Shown here: positions 1 through 11,480 of the stretch, piece by piece | Layout: the number at the start of each line of letters is the position of its first letter | How positions within the stretch are numbered: the stretch's first letter is position 1 | Assembly: GCA_051745285.1 (NCBI GenBank) | Contig: JBNJDX010000006.1 | Location: 26-64,025, forward strand | DNA: 64,000 nt | Source: Spirochaetota bacterium | GTDB taxonomy: Bacteria > Spirochaetota > Spirochaetia > CAKZLE01 | Direction of reading: 5' to 3' | Made by a program: the position numbers and the translations under genes | Notes under the pieces: generated by a model | What the model saw: the letters and a program-made list of their open reading frames with translations, nothing else | Told to the model about the DNA's origin: nothing | Databases searched by the model: none

Positions 1-144
1 CAACATATACAAAAGCTGATTCCGATATCTTGAAACTGTTTTTCTGTAGTATGAATGCATGGTATGCACGCGTTTAAACATTTCGTTGACAACCCCCATG
101 TTTAGTTGTAAGGTTTAATGCATAAGATAAATTAGGGGGTTATT

Positions 145-1239
145 ATGGCCACTGTACTTCTCAAAGACATTACCAAAGTCTATGACGGTAATGTAAAAGC
201 GGTTGATTCAATTGATATCACCGTTGAGGACCGGGAGTTCGTTGTACTCGTCGGTCCTTCTGGTTGTGGAAAGTCCACAACTCTTCGTATGATCGCCGGA
301 CTGGAGGATATCACTTCCGGTGAACTGTCCATCGACGGAAAAATTGTCAACGACATTCCACCCAAAGACAGAGACATAGCAATGGTATTCCAGAACTATG
401 CGCTCTATCCGCACATGAGTGTCTATGACAACATGGCCTTCGGCTTGAAGATCAGAAAGTTTCCGAAAGAGGATATTGAGCAGCGGGTACAAGAAGCTGC
501 CAAGATTCTCGACATTGAAGAATTGCTTGACAGAAAGCCAAAGGCTCTTTCCGGGGGCCAGAGACAGCGTGTTGCCGTCGGCCGAGCGATCGTCAGGCAG
601 CCGAAAGTATTCCTGTTTGATGAACCGTTGTCCAACTTGGATGCAAAACTCCGTGTACAGATGAGAGCCGAGATCTCAGCTCTTCACAACCGGCTCGATG
701 CAACTATGATCTATGTTACCCATGATCAGGTCGAGGCGATGACAATGGCTGACAAGATCGTCGTCATGAAATACGGAATAATCCAGCAGATTGGAGGCCC
801 TCTCGACTTGTACAACAATCCTGCAAACAAGTTTGTTGCCGGATTTATTGGGTCACCTCCCATGAACTTTCTCAACGTAACCATCGTAAAAGAGGGCAAC
901 GATCTGTATGCGGATGAGGGCAGTTTCAGAATAAAACTCAATGAAAGGCAGAACAAGCTGTTAAAAGACTATGAAGGCAAACAGATGACCTTCGGTATCC
1001 GTCCCGAGGACCTTTCGGCTGCTGATAAACCTGAAGAGGGTAAGACCATCGACGCATCGGTAATGGTTATCGAGCCCCTTGGCGCTGAGACTCATGTCTT
1101 TGTCAATACAAAGAGCAATCAGCTCATCGCCCGTGTTGAACCTGACATTCAGCTCCAGGTTGATCAGAAAGTAAGCATGGTGCCGAACCTCGACAAGGTA
1201 ACCTTTTTTGATGGTGAGACCGAGGTAGCTGTTGTCTAG
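145..1239 (+). CDS. ABC importer ATPase, MalK/UgpC/MsmX-like (sugar-type), with C-terminal MalK-type regulatory domain
   Basis: 364-aa ORF with ATG at 145 after purine-rich tagggggt. Walker A GPSGCGKST, signature LSGGQRQR, Walker B VFLFDEP, H-loop YVTHD. About 120-aa C-terminal extension as in the MalK family. No cognate permease lies inside the window. Confidence 0.9.
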   Translation: MATVLLKDITKVYDGNVKAVDSIDITVEDREFVVLVGPSGCGKSTTLRMIAGLEDITSGELSIDGKIVNDIPPKDRDIAMVFQNYALYPHMSVYDNMAFGLKIRKFPKEDIEQRVQEAAKILDIEELLDRKPKALSGGQRQRVAVGRAIVRQPKVFLFDEPLSNLDAKLRVQMRAEISALHNRLDATMIYVTHDQVEAMTMADKIVVMKYGIIQQIGGPLDLYNNPANKFVAGFIGSPPMNFLNVTIVKEGNDLYADEGSFRIKLNERQNKLLKDYEGKQMTFGIRPEDLSAADKPEEGKTIDASVMVIEPLGAETHVFVNTKSNQLIARVEPDIQLQVDQKVSMVPNLDKVTFFDGETEVAVV

Positions 1240-1268
1240 CAGTTCCTCGTTCTAGAAATCTTTCCACA

Positions 1269-1300
1269 AGAGAGCCGGCTTTATTAGCCGGCTCTCTTTG
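1269..1300 (+). terminator. Probable intrinsic terminator after the ABC ATPase gene
   Basis: Perfect 11-bp stem agagagccggc (1269-1279) / gccggctctct (1287-1297) with 7-nt loop tttatta, followed by ttg. The T-tract is short, so strength is uncertain. Confidence 0.55.
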
Positions 1301-1320
1301 CGCCAGGAGCACACCAAACT

Positions 1321-2778
1321 ATGCGCATCGGCATTCTCATCCCGCCTATCACGGATTTCTATACAACATCTCACCGACTTTCAGCCCTTGGCGCCGCTGC
1401 GGGAGCTGACACTCTGCGAGCAATGGGTCATCAGGTCAGCGTGTTCAACTGTCTTGCCCCCGCCCGGCTACCCGTTCGGACTGTTCCCCTTCCTGCTCAG
1501 CTCTCCTATCTAACACCACTTCTTGTCTCTGGCGAGCACGGACCCATCTCTTTTTTCAGCCAGTACAAACAGTTCGGCACATCAGTTGCTTACTGGGAAC
1601 AACCCATCCTCAGTGTACGCCCCGAGGTCATGTTTATCAGCTGTTTTGCCTTCGCCTATGCTGATGATGCCATTGCATCTGCAGCATACATACATTCCCT
1701 TCTGCCGGATGTCCCAATCATCCTCTGTGGAGCTGGCGTTTCCGTACTACCGGACTACTTCCTGGCACATGATGCGGTACATGCAGTCTTCTGCGGTGAA
1801 GCTGAAAAAGAGGCATTGAGGCAATTGTTAGCTTCTACCCAATCGGGAGTCTCGCAGCCCGACTTCCGGCAACCAGAGCGGTCCCCGGAGAGTCTTGAGA
1901 TGGGTATTCAACAGACAGCTGAGAGCAAGAGCCTGGTTACCGTTTGTGTCAGCCTCTCTCGCGGTTGCCCTCGCACGTGCAGTTTTTGCTCAAACCATCT
2001 TGTTCACGGTCATACGTTCAGAACGGTTTCCGTTGAGCATGCAATTGAGGCTTTCAGTGGTTTTCTGCAAACAACGCCGAGAAATAAGCACATACACGTG
2101 TGTCTTGAGGATGATAATATTCTTCTTGCTCCAGAGTATCTGCTTGAGATTATGAGGGCTTTCAGAAACTTGCGCCCCGGTACTACCTTCTCTGCAGAGA
2201 ACGGACTGGACTATCGACTACTGAACACCAACCTCATTGACGTGCTGGTGGCCGCAGGAATGGTCAAGTTCAACCTTTCACTTGTTTCCCTGTCAGAACA
2301 GCAGCTAGAAACTGCAGACAGAGCAGGAAATAGTTCACTTCTCGAAGAGACTATCAGGTATATAGATAGCAAAGGTCTCCCATCGGTGACCTACTTTATC
2401 TGCGGCTTGGAGCAGGACACTCCCCAACGTGTTGTGAATACAATCAGGTGGCTTTCCAGACTGCCGACAACAACCGGCATCTCCCCCTATTACGCAGTTC
2501 CTGGCCTTGCCGCGCACCAAGACAGCAGTTCCTTTTTTGCCGAAGGTGCACTCGTATGCAAAGGGTCGTCTGTCTATCCCTGGTTTCAACTCTCAAGCAG
2601 ACATATTGTTACTGCCTTTCGACTTGTACGCTATGATAATGCGCTGAAGAACGCACACCATCTAGACGACCTTCTCGATTGCTGCAGGTACGAGCAGAAG
2701 CTCTATACCATCAGTAAGGGGAGCAGGCACGAAGTCCCAGAATATGATCGAGAGATGGTGACCTGTTATTTTTCCTGA
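1321..2778 (+). CDS. Radical SAM protein with N-terminal B12-binding-like (Rossmann-like) domain, substrate unknown
   Basis: 485-aa ORF with ATG at 1321. CX3CX2C cluster motif in SRGCPRTCSFCSN. The N-terminal ~190 aa resemble the cobalamin-binding-like domain of class B radical SAM enzymes; this is a layout judgement and no motif was verified. Confidence 0.75.
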   Translation: MRIGILIPPITDFYTTSHRLSALGAAAGADTLRAMGHQVSVFNCLAPARLPVRTVPLPAQLSYLTPLLVSGEHGPISFFSQYKQFGTSVAYWEQPILSVRPEVMFISCFAFAYADDAIASAAYIHSLLPDVPIILCGAGVSVLPDYFLAHDAVHAVFCGEAEKEALRQLLASTQSGVSQPDFRQPERSPESLEMGIQQTAESKSLVTVCVSLSRGCPRTCSFCSNHLVHGHTFRTVSVEHAIEAFSGFLQTTPRNKHIHVCLEDDNILLAPEYLLEIMRAFRNLRPGTTFSAENGLDYRLLNTNLIDVLVAAGMVKFNLSLVSLSEQQLETADRAGNSSLLEETIRYIDSKGLPSVTYFICGLEQDTPQRVVNTIRWLSRLPTTTGISPYYAVPGLAAHQDSSSFFAEGALVCKGSSVYPWFQLSSRHIVTAFRLVRYDNALKNAHHLDDLLDCCRYEQKLYTISKGSRHEVPEYDREMVTCYFS

Positions 2779-4085
2779 AGAGGCTGTACAGAGAGGGTAT
2801 GATACATAACCTGCAGCGCATGGAAATATTCATCCTCATCAACCCCGATAATGCAGGTAAGTAATGACCCGCCGTAGTTGAGATAGCGGACAATGATCTG
2901 TTCTTTGGCAAGTGCAGCACTCACTTTTGCAAGAATTCCGGGAGTATGATACAGTCCCTCCCCCACGATACCAATCATTGCAAGGGTTTCATTTGTCATG
3001 ATTTCGTCCGGGCTCAGTTCCTTACGAATCCGCTCAATGAGCTCCTGATGCCCCTCCAGCCCCTCCTTACGGAAGTAGAATGAGATGGAATCATATCCAA
3101 TGGAAGTGAATTCTGGATCAATTCCGTGCACCTTAAGTATCGTACGGATTTTGAGCTTGTAATCCGGATCTTTGGAAAGCCTCAACTTCCCTACGTAGAG
3201 TCGACAGTAACCAGTTTTCCCGAAGACTCCGACTACCGGCTGTCTGGAAGCGTCCCGACTGGCAGTGACCTTCGTGCCCTTTCCATGAGGGTCTTCAAAC
3301 TGTTTAATTTGGACAGGGATGCCCTCCGGGCGAAGAAAAGCAACAACTTCTTCGTGCAGCACCCCTGCCCCCACCGAAGATAACTCCCGAACTTCCTGAT
3401 AGGTAATCTCACCGACTGTCTCTGGCCGCGTTATGAGATGTTCATCAGCCATGAGAATGCCCGGGGTAGCACCCCATGTTTCATAGAGGTTCGCTCCGAG
3501 GCTTTTTGCTACCACAGCACCGGTAATATCACTTCCTCCGCGAGGGAAGGTTTTAATACCGCCATACATCGAAGATCCGTAAAAACCCGGTACTACACAC
3601 CGTCGCCCAGAGGAAAAGGCATCTCTCAGTAGCTCGTAGGTTCTCTCGTGCAGGGAACCGTCCAGTTTAAATATGATGCACTCTTCAGTGTCTACAAAGT
3701 CCCACTCAAGATATTCGGCAGTCAGTTTTGCAGTGAGAAACTCCCCACGGGAGGCAACGTGGGAGGCGGAGGCACCCAGGGAAATATCACGCCTGATACG
3801 TTCAAGTTCCCCGTTAAGGTCATCGGAGGATAATCCTAGTTCATCTGCTATCTCTCGAAAACGCGAGGCCACAGCTTCGAACGAAGCAGTATAATCAAGT
3901 TTTGCTGTCGCCTCCCGCTGGCATGTATAGAGCATATCGGTGACCTTGAAGTCTTCCGGAGTGCGTTTACCCGGTGCTGAAACTACGGCTATGTGACGCC
4001 TATCATCGGAGTGCAAAAGCGAAGCAGTCTGCTTTATCCGCTTTGCATCCGCTACACAGTTACCACTGAACTTACATACGATCAT
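2766..4085 (-). CDS. Aspartate kinase (monofunctional, with C-terminal ACT domains)
   Basis: Start moved to ATG 4085 (MIVCKFSG...) behind GGGGTGA; the ORF-track start lies 18 codons upstream. Motifs read: VVSAPGKRT, PRGGSDITGA, and ACT-like C-terminus AMIGIVGEGL. The 3' end overlaps the convergent radical SAM gene by 13 nt. Confidence 0.85.
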   Translation of the reverse strand: MIVCKFSGNCVADAKRIKQTASLLHSDDRRHIAVVSAPGKRTPEDFKVTDMLYTCQREATAKLDYTASFEAVASRFREIADELGLSSDDLNGELERIRRDISLGASASHVASRGEFLTAKLTAEYLEWDFVDTEECIIFKLDGSLHERTYELLRDAFSSGRRCVVPGFYGSSMYGGIKTFPRGGSDITGAVVAKSLGANLYETWGATPGILMADEHLITRPETVGEITYQEVRELSSVGAGVLHEEVVAFLRPEGIPVQIKQFEDPHGKGTKVTASRDASRQPVVGVFGKTGYCRLYVGKLRLSKDPDYKLKIRTILKVHGIDPEFTSIGYDSISFYFRKEGLEGHQELIERIRKELSPDEIMTNETLAMIGIVGEGLYHTPGILAKVSAALAKEQIIVRYLNYGGSLLTCIIGVDEDEYFHALQVMYHTLSVQPLQEK

Positions 4086-4175
4086 CTTTTCACCCCATAG
4101 AGGAACCCAGTTAGAGTATTGTACACAGATGCAAATCAATAAACAAGCCGACGCAGTTTGTGAAGAGTGTATTAG

Positions 4176-4748
4176 TTAGACCAGTATATCCGAAAGCCTT
4201 CGCTTGGGAACATGGTGGACTCCGTCAGCAGTACGGAAGTAGGTGACCGACCCTTCTGCCCCTTCTGTTGTCTCAAGGACGACCTGCTCTGCGGGAGTTC
4301 CAAGGGCCAACACTAGCTGGACCTCATATCGACTGGCTATTCCAAGGGAACTGCACAGAGCTTTTCGGTCACAGGAGGCTAACATACAGCATCCATACCC
4401 CAACTCAGCGGCCCCAAACTGAATTGTAGCAGCAGCAATACCGGTATCAAAACCTGCCTTTTTCGATATGGCAGTATCCAGGAGGATAATGATATACCCG
4501 GTCGGCCGCTCCCCTTGAGCAGGACCAGACCATTGGGGCAATGCAGCCGCCCAGGAAAGAGTTGAGAATACTTCACCCAGCACTGCTGGGTCACTTACCA
4601 GTTTATACTTGAGGGGCTGAGCATTCGCAGCCGATGGGGTCACCCTTGCCAGGTCAACCAGGTGATAAAGTTTTTCAGCGGGAATAGGACTGCTCTCATC
4701 AAAGCGTCGGATACTCCTCGCATTGTGTACAATGTGTGTGAAGTCCAT
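4176..4748 (-). CDS. Nitroreductase family protein
   Basis: 190 aa with ATG 4748 behind AAGGAGGG. N-terminal ARSIRRFDES motif and the size typical of the NfsB/FRP-type nitroreductase fold. Confidence 0.8.
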   Translation of the reverse strand: MDFTHIVHNARSIRRFDESSPIPAEKLYHLVDLARVTPSAANAQPLKYKLVSDPAVLGEVFSTLSWAAALPQWSGPAQGERPTGYIIILLDTAISKKAGFDTGIAAATIQFGAAELGYGCCMLASCDRKALCSSLGIASRYEVQLVLALGTPAEQVVLETTEGAEGSVTYFRTADGVHHVPKRRLSDILV

Positions 4749-4860
4749 AGAACCCTCCTTACTGTGAAAAGCTTATCGCCTGCAGCCTCTCCCGTCAATA
4801 AACAGGACTCCAATCCGCGTTCTCTTGCATACAGTCCCAGCTTTGGATATAGTATATCCC

Positions 4861-5547
4861 ATGGAAACAGCCTCCCTGACCGACCAGCAAATACAGCAGC
4901 GAACGGCCTACTTCCGACAGTTTCTCTCCGATGAACGCATTGAGCGCATTGAAGAGGTGCTTCGTAATCGGAGTGACTATCTGAGCGTTGTCCTTGAAGA
5001 TATCTACCAGCCCCATAACGCCAGTGCGGTGCTCAGAAGCTGTGATGGCTTCGGGGTTCAGCATGTCCACGTGATCGAAAACAATAATGTCTTCTCACCC
5101 AGCAAAGGAGTGGAACTAGGGACAAGCCAGTGGCTCACTGTCACTCGTCACAACAAAGAGCAGTTCAATACGGTCACCGCCTTAAACCACTTAAAGAGTG
5201 AAGGGTACCGAATCATTGCTACCAGCCCCCATACCGACGGCGTTGCCCTGGAAGATGTTGATATAACCGGGGGGAAAATGGCGGTGGTCTTCGGAACGGA
5301 ACTTACGGGTCTAAGCAAGACTGCCCTGGATATGGCAGACGAATATCTGCACATCCCGATGTTCGGTTTTGTAGAGAGCTTCAACATTTCGGTATCCTGC
5401 GCACTTGTTGTGCACCAGCTTATGCATACCTTACGCAGATCGCATCTCCCCTTCTCGCTCCCGGAACGGGAAATGAACGAACTTCGGCTTCAGTGGATGC
5501 GTCAGAGTGTTCGTAATCCTCATATTCACGACAGCACGTTCAACTAG
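4861..5547 (+). CDS. trmH: SpoU/TrmH-family tRNA/rRNA 2'-O-methyltransferase (TrmH-like)
   Basis: Motifs HNASAVLRSCDGFGV, VFGTELTGLS and IPMFGFVESFNISVSCALVVH (SPOUT knot motifs). ATG 4861 is preferred over the TTG at 4825; the start is uncertain. Confidence 0.8.
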   Translation: METASLTDQQIQQRTAYFRQFLSDERIERIEEVLRNRSDYLSVVLEDIYQPHNASAVLRSCDGFGVQHVHVIENNNVFSPSKGVELGTSQWLTVTRHNKEQFNTVTALNHLKSEGYRIIATSPHTDGVALEDVDITGGKMAVVFGTELTGLSKTALDMADEYLHIPMFGFVESFNISVSCALVVHQLMHTLRRSHLPFSLPEREMNELRLQWMRQSVRNPHIHDSTFN

Positions 5548-5674
5548 TAGCAGCTGTTCTGCTTCTGAGAATATGTGATACTAGGTAGTGAACGAAGATG
5601 TGTTACCCCAGGCAGTCAACCAAAGTATGGGAAGAACGTAAGAAGAAATACAATTTTCCAGTATATCACTGTGC

Positions 5675-6091
5675 CTAACCGTAGGTTTTTTGCAGAAAAT
5701 CAACAGAGGCTCTGATGATGTCTCTAAGCACATCCAGATCTATATCCGCAAGCTTATTCACATAGAGGCAGGCCTTACCCATGCGATGCTTGCCAAGCCC
5801 TTCTCTCAGAGTGTCAATATCCTCCAAACCAACAGCAGTATACACGCTGATGGCTTTCTTACGGGGAGAGAAACCTACAAGAGGCGCATCCCCCTCGTGC
5901 CCTGAATTATACCGGTAATGGTAGGAACCGAAACCAATTATCGACGAACCCCACATGCGAGCTTCATACCCAGTAGTCTCTGTAAAGAGCTCAAGCAGAG
6001 TATAGGAATCAGTCCTCTTCCTCTCATCTGGAACCGTCTCAATAAAATTGATAACACTGTCCTCGGTTTGCCTCGTTTTCTGTTTGTTCAT
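5675..6091 (-). CDS. DUF1801 (YdhG-like) domain protein
   Basis: ATG at 6091 (MNKQKTRQTEDSVINFIETVPDERKRTDSY...) gives 138 aa, the typical size and N-terminal pattern of DUF1801. The longer track ORF (to 6280) would overlap the upstream gene. Confidence 0.65.
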   Translation of the reverse strand: MNKQKTRQTEDSVINFIETVPDERKRTDSYTLLELFTETTGYEARMWGSSIIGFGSYHYRYNSGHEGDAPLVGFSPRKKAISVYTAVGLEDIDTLREGLGKHRMGKACLYVNKLADIDLDVLRDIIRASVDFLQKTYG

Positions 6092-6153
6092 ATGTATTCC
6101 CTTATGCAAAAAACAGGTTTGTGCCGGCAGCGACAGACAATAGCCAGAAAACC

Positions 6154-6888
6154 CTACAATGCTGCCTCCTGTCGCAGTTCCTGTCTGATGTGTTCTAGCA
6201 TGTGTAAATAGGCGGGATAGTGGGACCCTTCCCAGTATATCTGGCCGCATGCTTGGCATTGATAAAAATCCTGATACCACTGTCTCGTTTTCGGCTCAAG
6301 GCGATCAATAATCCGCTGCTTGCTAACCGGTTCAAGTCTCCCGTTGCACCTCGGGCATATAGAGAGAATGGCAACTCTGTTGGATATGTCAAACCTGCTA
6401 AAGATCTCTTTCAACTGTTCACGGGGCTGCGAAGATCTGATGAGCATACCCCGTTCCAGTTCACGATGTTTAAGCAGGTTGCGGCTCCTGGTGACAAGCA
6501 GATGCCCGTCACGATGTGAGAGCTCTATGAGTTCGGACCGCGACCGATTTGGCTGGTAGAGAGCCAGGAAACCAGCAAGCCGCAAAAAGACAGCGAGTTT
6601 TCCAAGGTGCACGTCCAGTACAAAGGTTCTCCCCATATACGGCAACTTCCTGAAGGGGGTTATCTCTACCTCATCTCCTGGTGACAGAATCTGGTCTTCA
6701 AAGGCCTTTTGCCCGTTTATTGCATACTCGGCTACTTCTGTGTGCGGGATTCCTGCGGATTCGATGCAGTCTTTCACTGACTGATTCTCAATCCAGGGAA
6801 GCAGGAGTTCACCGCTGTCCCATGTCCTTCCAGAGTAAACACACCATACCAGCTCATCCGGAATTGTTAGACGCACAATTACTGACAT
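6154..6888 (-). CDS. Mut7-C (PIN-like) RNase domain protein with N-terminal ubiquitin-like beta-grasp domain and C-terminal zinc ribbon
   Basis: 244 aa with ATG 6888 five nt after GGAGGT. The N-terminal ~80 aa have a ThiS/ubiquitin-like pattern (SPGDEVEITPF). The central PIN-like region is followed by CPRCNGRL...CQACGQIYWEGSH, a four-Cys ribbon characteristic of Mut7-C/DUF82. Confidence 0.7.
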   Translation of the reverse strand: MSVIVRLTIPDELVWCVYSGRTWDSGELLLPWIENQSVKDCIESAGIPHTEVAEYAINGQKAFEDQILSPGDEVEITPFRKLPYMGRTFVLDVHLGKLAVFLRLAGFLALYQPNRSRSELIELSHRDGHLLVTRSRNLLKHRELERGMLIRSSQPREQLKEIFSRFDISNRVAILSICPRCNGRLEPVSKQRIIDRLEPKTRQWYQDFYQCQACGQIYWEGSHYPAYLHMLEHIRQELRQEAAL

Positions 6889-7006
6889 CACGCACCTCCG
6901 TGAAACCGTACATCTCCCGTAATCCCCACCGCTAGGTTCACTATTACCCTATCTATCTAGGAACAGTATACTACACATAAAACCGGTCAACCAGGGACAA
7001 GTTACC

Positions 7007-8557
7007 CTATTCCCATTCTACTGTCCCGGGAGGTTTGGATGTGATGTCATACAGCACTCTGTTAACTCGTGGGACCTCGTTGCAGATTCGATTTGAGATT
7101 TTCTGGAGCAAATCGGGCGGAAACCGATACCAGTCAGCAGTCATGGCATCCTTGCTTGTAACTGCACGAAGAGAGCACACCTCTTCATATGTACGCTCAT
7201 CGCCCTGTACTCCGACGCTCCGTACGGGAAGCAGACATGCCAGTGCCTGCCAGATATCATCATACAGCCCCGCTTGACGTATTTCCTCGATAAAAATCGC
7301 ATCAACCTCCCGCAGGGTGTCAAGACGTTCTTTTGTCACCTGTCCGATGCATCTGATACCAAGCCCCGGGCCGGGGAATGGATGTCGACTGACAATATCC
7401 CCTGGCAGTCCAAGCTCTTCTCCGAGCTCTCTGACTTCATCTTTAAACAGCTCCCTGAGCGGCTCAATAAGCTCAAAGCGAAGGTTCTCAGGCAACCCCC
7501 CGACATTGTGATGGCTCTTAATGGTGGCCGAAGGTCCTCCAGAAGCTGAAACACTCTCAATGACGTCAGGGTACAGCGTTCCCTGGGCAAGCATGTCGAT
7601 CTGCTCCCCGATATCCCGGGAGGCCTGTTCAAAGACCTCGATAAACTCCCTGCCGATAATTTTTCGTTTTGCTTCCGGGTCACTGACGCCACTGAGCGGA
7701 TCAAGAAACCGTTTTTCAGCATCAACATGGTGCAGCCGTATGTGGAAGTGGTCCCTGAAAACCTGAATGACAAGATCTGCCTCCCCTTTTCTCAGCAGTC
7801 CATTATCTACAAATACACAGATAAGCTGATCACCGACTGCTCTATGAAGCAGGGCTGCAGTGACACTGGAATCAACACCTCCGGAAAGGCCGCAGAGAAT
7901 GGTTCGGTTCCCCACCTGGTGTCTGATCTTTTCAATTGCTGTCTCAACGAACGACTCCATACTCCATGAATGACCACAGTAACAGATATCATGCACAAAA
8001 CTGCCGATAATCGCAGTTCCCTGCTCAGTGTGGGCTACTTCCGGGTGAAACTGTACCCCGTAAAACCGAAGCTTCGGATTCTCCATAACAGTGACCGGGG
8101 AATTCTCCGTAGATGCGGTAGTCTCGAACCCTTCAGGAAGTACCGAGACAGCATCACCGTGGCTCATCCAGACGCTAATTCCGCTGCTGACCGCTGAGAG
8201 GAGAGGGCTCTCTCTCCTTTTTTGCAGAGCAGCAAACCCATATTCACGCCGGCTTGGCTGCTCAACTGTGCCTCCGAGCATGACGGTCATGATCTGCAGC
8301 CCGTAGCAAATGCCCAGGATTGGCACACCGAGTTCAAACAGGCCGGGGTCAGGACGGGGAGAATCTTCCTGCAGAACACTCGCCGGGCCTCCGCTTAGAA
8401 TGATACCGGAGGGGGAGAGTTTCCTCAGCTCTTCTGCCGGAGTATTGTAGGGCATAATGATGCTATACACCTGATTCTCTCGAACCCTCCGGGCAATGAG
8501 CTGGCTGTACTGAGCTCCAAAGTCCAGTACAATGACGACTTCCTGAGTATTTCCCAT
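7007..8557 (-). CDS. guaA: GMP synthase (glutamine-hydrolysing)
   Basis: 516 aa. GATase catalytic Cys in ILGICYGLQ, PP-loop LSGGVDSSV, canonical C-terminus KPPGTVEWE. Confidence 0.97.
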   Translation of the reverse strand: MGNTQEVVIVLDFGAQYSQLIARRVRENQVYSIIMPYNTPAEELRKLSPSGIILSGGPASVLQEDSPRPDPGLFELGVPILGICYGLQIMTVMLGGTVEQPSRREYGFAALQKRRESPLLSAVSSGISVWMSHGDAVSVLPEGFETTASTENSPVTVMENPKLRFYGVQFHPEVAHTEQGTAIIGSFVHDICYCGHSWSMESFVETAIEKIRHQVGNRTILCGLSGGVDSSVTAALLHRAVGDQLICVFVDNGLLRKGEADLVIQVFRDHFHIRLHHVDAEKRFLDPLSGVSDPEAKRKIIGREFIEVFEQASRDIGEQIDMLAQGTLYPDVIESVSASGGPSATIKSHHNVGGLPENLRFELIEPLRELFKDEVRELGEELGLPGDIVSRHPFPGPGLGIRCIGQVTKERLDTLREVDAIFIEEIRQAGLYDDIWQALACLLPVRSVGVQGDERTYEEVCSLRAVTSKDAMTADWYRFPPDLLQKISNRICNEVPRVNRVLYDITSKPPGTVEWE

Positions 8558-8562
8558 CGTTC

Positions 8563-10113
<1,551 letters not shown>

Positions 10114-10131
10114 TCAATCTTCCTAGTGCTC

Positions 10132-10695
10132 TCACCAGAACATATCCCGAAGGGGGGGATAGGCCCGTAAGACGGCCTTTGTCAGCAGCAGTCCGCCGAC
10201 AATTCCGACAATATTCTGTACTATGTTACCGGGTATCTCCACGGCTGCAGGCCCGAATCCGCTCATCGCAGCACCGGCTAGATAGTAGAGACCAACCATT
10301 ATTACCGTCCCTAACAGCCCGGAGAAAACAACTCGTACTTTCGTACGGATGACCTCTCCGCCAGTATGCAGGACAGAACCCCGAATTACTGCTCCGACGG
10401 CAAATCCCTGTATACCGTGAATAAAGAAGGATATGAGTGCCCAGTGCGGATATCCGGCAAAGATATCTGCCAACCCGGTCCCCAAACCTCCGGCAAAACC
10501 GGCAGTAACGGGCCCAAAAGCATAGGCAGCAAAATAGATGGCTACATCTCCCAGATTGATATAGCCACGAGTGGGGGCAATTGGGATGCGTACGATGAGG
10601 GTGAACACAGCCGTGACGGCTGTGAGTACCGCAATCGAAGCAATTCGGTATGCTGGGGATACATTTCGTGGCTGCATTTGTATTTGTTGGTTCAT
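10132..10695 (-). CDS. ECF transporter substrate-specific (S) component, substrate unknown
   Basis: 187 aa, about 6 hydrophobic helices, Gly-rich helix motifs (GFAGGLGTGLADIFAG). Sits directly downstream of the EcfA/EcfT genes. Confidence 0.7.
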   Translation of the reverse strand: MNQQIQMQPRNVSPAYRIASIAVLTAVTAVFTLIVRIPIAPTRGYINLGDVAIYFAAYAFGPVTAGFAGGLGTGLADIFAGYPHWALISFFIHGIQGFAVGAVIRGSVLHTGGEVIRTKVRVVFSGLLGTVIMVGLYYLAGAAMSGFGPAAVEIPGNIVQNIVGIVGGLLLTKAVLRAYPPLRDMFW

Positions 10696-10748
10696 GATGG
10701 ATACCCTTATATCTGAATCTCTAGATGAGATTATGCGACGCCTGTTGA

Positions 10749-11480
10749 CTATGAGAGGAAAACAGGTCCTGCGGTAAATATGAGAGCTATCATAACGAAA
10801 ATGAAGGTATGGGTAAAGAGCTTTCTGTCGTTTGACAGATGCTTATATCCTTTTCCGTGTGTTCCGGGAAGACCAAAACCTCTACTCTCCAAACTCATGG
10901 AGAGTAACGGCACACTTTTTATTGCATAAATCAGCACAGAAGTGAGAACCGGCCACACACGCCCCAGTCTAGCCCGTAGTCGTCTATCGTCTGATTCTCC
11001 GCCGCCCCGAAGCCTATGGGCATCCTGAATCTGGTGATAGATGCCGGCAAGATACGGTATGTACCGCATGGAAATAGTCACCACCAGTGCGGCCTGATAC
11101 GGCAGCCCGAACCAGCGCAGTGCCGCCAGTATGCGGGCCATGGGGGTAGTTCTAAACAGCTGATAAAAGAGCGTCGTAATGGTGAGGATGCGAAAGAGCA
11201 GCACCCCTGTGATAAGCAGGGGGTCTTCGCGGTAAAACGGCGGGGTAAGCAGCACAATCATGATCAACAGAGGCCACATAGAACGTGCCGGGGCAACAGC
11301 TTCTCGGATCCCCAGGGTCCAACTCGTAAGCAGCATCAAACAGGCAAACAGTACCAGTAACCATACAAAAGGAATAGGCAGGAAGGTGTATATTGAAAAA
11401 ACGAATGCCGTCAACAGTTTTACACGAGGATCAAATCGATGAAGAACCGTTGTACCAGGCAGATAAAGATTTATTTGCAT
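10749..11480 (-). CDS. ecfT: ECF transporter transmembrane (T) component, EcfT/CbiQ family
   Basis: Polytopic 243-aa protein. ATG 11480 overlaps the stop of the upstream ATPase gene by 10 nt. Arg-rich cytoplasmic coupling region (QDAHRLRGGG). The genomic position is typical of EcfT. Confidence 0.75.
   Translation of the reverse strand: MQINLYLPGTTVLHRFDPRVKLLTAFVFSIYTFLPIPFVWLLVLFACLMLLTSWTLGIREAVAPARSMWPLLIMIVLLTPPFYREDPLLITGVLLFRILTITTLFYQLFRTTPMARILAALRWFGLPYQAALVVTISMRYIPYLAGIYHQIQDAHRLRGGGESDDRRLRARLGRVWPVLTSVLIYAIKSVPLLSMSLESRGFGLPGTHGKGYKHLSNDRKLFTHTFIFVMIALIFTAGPVFLS

Noticed and set aside
2766-4085. Unusual aspartate kinase N-terminal motif KFSGNCV instead of the common KFGGTS-type motif
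   Set aside because: The rest of the protein carries normal kinase and ACT features, and the catalytic Lys is retained. Without an alignment I cannot tell whether this is a lineage-typical variant, so I do not raise it as a finding.
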